The notes below the pieces were generated by a model. The model did not search any database and was not told the DNA's origin. It saw only the letters and a list, made by a program, of their open reading frames with translations. Source: Rhodospirillales bacterium (GTDB lineage Bacteria > Pseudomonadota > Alphaproteobacteria > CACIAM-22H2). Taken from it: a DNA stretch of 64,000 bases. The translations under genes were made by a program, and so were the position numbers. Location: NCBI GenBank assembly GCA_016794005.1, contig JAEUKY010000016.1, positions 27,589 to 91,588 on the forward strand. Reading direction: 5' to 3'. Positions 62,769 to 64,000 of this stretch are shown here, one piece after another; position 1 is the first letter of the stretch; every line of letters starts with the position of its first letter.

Positions 62769-64000
62769 AGAGCGCCTCCTGGAACGGCTTGAGGCCGACG
62801 CGGCGGTAGGCGGCAAGGAACGTCTCGCCCGGATCGCGGCGCAGGCCGAGATAGGCGTCGACCACCTGCTCGACCGCGTCGACGATCCGGTCGGCCGGGA
62901 AGCCCGGCCCGACGATCTCGCCGATCGAGCAGGTCTCGTCGCCCGAACCGCCGAGCGTGATCTGGTAGAACTCCTCGCCCTTCCGGTCGACGCCGAGGAT
63001 GCCGATATGGCCGACATGGTGGTGGCCGCACGCGTTGATGCAGCCCGAGATCTTGATCTTGAGATCGCCGATGTCGTGCTGGCGGCCGAGATCGGCGAAG
63101 CGCTCGGAGATGCGCTGGGCGACCGGGATCGAGCGCGCGTTGGCGAGCGAGCAGTAGTCGAGCCCGGGGCACGCGATGATGTCGGTGACGAGGCCGGCGT
63201 TCGGCGTGGCGAGGCCGGCCGCGGCCAGGCCCGCGAAAAGTTCGGGCAGGTCGTCGAGCCGCACGTGTGGCAGCACCAGGTTCTGCTCGTGGCTGACGCG
63301 GATCTCGTCGGCCGAGAAGCGCTCGGCAAGTGCCGCGACGGCGTCCATCTGGGCCGACGTAGCGTCGCCCGGCGGCAGGCCGACGGGCTTCAGCGACACG
63401 GTCACGATGCCGTAGCCGGGCCGTTTGTGGGCAGAAACGTTGCGGTCGACGAAACGGGCGAGGGCGACGTCGGCGGCTTTCGCGGCCTCGAGTTTCGCCG
63501 AGCGTGCCGGCAGGTCGGCAAGGGCCGGCGGGGCGAAATAGGCCGCGATGCGCGCGATCTCGGCGGCGGGCAGATCCAGCGCCTTGCCCTTCAGCGAAGC
63601 GAACTCGTTCTCGATCGCGTCGGCGATCTCGTCCGTGCCCTTCTCGTGGACCAGGATCTTGATGCGCGCCTTGTACTTGTTGTCGCGCCGTCCTTCCAGA
63701 TTGTAGACGCGCAGGATCGCCTCGCAGTAGGCGAGCAGGTCCGCCTCGGGCAGGAAATCGCGCAGCTTTCTGGCGATCATCGGCGTGCGGCCTTGGCCGC
63801 CGCCGACCCACACGGCGAAACCGATATCGCCCTTCGCGTCGCGCTTTGCCTCCAGCCCGATGTCGTGCACCTGGATCGCCGCGCGGTCGGCGGCCGCCCC
63901 CGTCACCGCAAGCTTGAACTTGCGCGGCAGGAACGAGAACTCCGGATGCAGCGACGACCACTGGCGCAGGATCTCGGCATAGGGGCGCGGATCGACCGTC
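62755..64000 (-). CDS. cysI: Sulfite reductase hemoprotein (CysI-like, siroheme / 4Fe-4S), 3' portion. The gene continues beyond the right edge of the window.
   Basis: C-terminal siroheme/Fe-S cysteine cluster IIACPGLDYC...SGCINACGHHHVGHIGILG and nitrite/sulfite-reductase repeats. The reading frame is open to position 64000. Confidence 0.8.
   Translation of the reverse strand, partial: TVDPRPYAEILRQWSSLHPEFSFLPRKFKLAVTGAAADRAAIQVHDIGLEAKRDAKGDIGFAVWVGGGQGRTPMIARKLRDFLPEADLLAYCEAILRVYNLEGRRDNKYKARIKILVHEKGTDEIADAIENEFASLKGKALDLPAAEIARIAAYFAPPALADLPARSAKLEAAKAADVALARFVDRNVSAHKRPGYGIVTVSLKPVGLPPGDATSAQMDAVAALAERFSADEIRVSHEQNLVLPHVRLDDLPELFAGLAAAGLATPNAGLVTDIIACPGLDYCSLANARSIPVAQRISERFADLGRQHDIGDLKIKISGCINACGHHHVGHIGILGVDRKGEEFYQITLGGSGDETCSIGEIVGPGFPADRIVDAVEQVVDAYLGLRRDPGETFLAAYRRVGLKPFQEALYADA

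Noticed and set aside
1-64000. CRISPR arrays, tRNA/rRNA genes, IS elements/transposases, integrases and phage genes.
   Set aside because: None found: no short regularly spaced repeats, no tRNA-like T-loop/acceptor patterns in the intergenic regions, and no transposase or integrase-like ORFs. The window looks like core chromosome.

Overview
High-GC (~68%) chromosomal window, probably from an alphaproteobacterium. Coding is dense: about 52 genes and no gaps. I found no rRNA, tRNA, CRISPR array or transposase/integrase. Many neighbouring genes overlap at start/stop codons (ATGA or TGATG), which suggests translational coupling.

Main blocks, in order:
- 1-14307: a LacI-regulated sugar ABC substrate-binding gene, then a MocR-controlled catabolic locus. 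It contains a GMC oxidoreductase, two PuuB/OrdL-like FAD oxidases, an enolase-superfamily enzyme, an aldehyde dehydrogenase and a PotFGHI-type ABC importer.
- 14317-17262: a PQQ-type sugar dehydrogenase and an ABC-F ATPase.
- 17320-30647: a complete assimilatory nitrate/nitrite locus, nasT, then nasS-nrtABC-flp-like-nirA-cysJ-like-nasA-cysG', with a textbook sigma-54 / NtrC / IHF promoter architecture and structured leader upstream of nasS.
- 30631-43143: an IclR-associated island combining a LacD-family aldolase, a DapA-family aldolase, a PfkB kinase, a TctCBA tripartite transporter, a cytochrome c, two SDRs, a Zn-alcohol dehydrogenase and a Gfo/Idh/MocA oxidoreductase.
- 43339-52180: an MdtABC-like RND efflux operon with a NodT-family outer-membrane lipoprotein.
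- 52234-52740: a small secreted surface-antigen-like protein with a His-rich C-terminal tail.
- 52744-59170: a minus-strand operon encoding a very large multi-PAS hybrid histidine kinase, a response regulator with an unknown output domain, and an omega-aminotransferase.
- 59523-62073: a GNAT-fold protein and a small PAS-like protein as a convergent overlapping pair; a standalone siroheme-synthase N-domain (Met8-like) protein; and a hypothetical protein.
- 62074-62228: an AT-rich structured intergenic island.
- 62229-64000: a DUF934 gene and the 3' part of cysI (sulfite reductase hemoprotein).

The most interesting points are the unusual composition of the nitrate-assimilation operon, the structured regulatory leader, the internally repeated hybrid kinase, the His-rich secreted protein beside the efflux pump, and the AT-rich repeat-bearing island next to the sulfite reductase genes. 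All calls come from reading the sequence and from recalled family signatures. No database search was possible.
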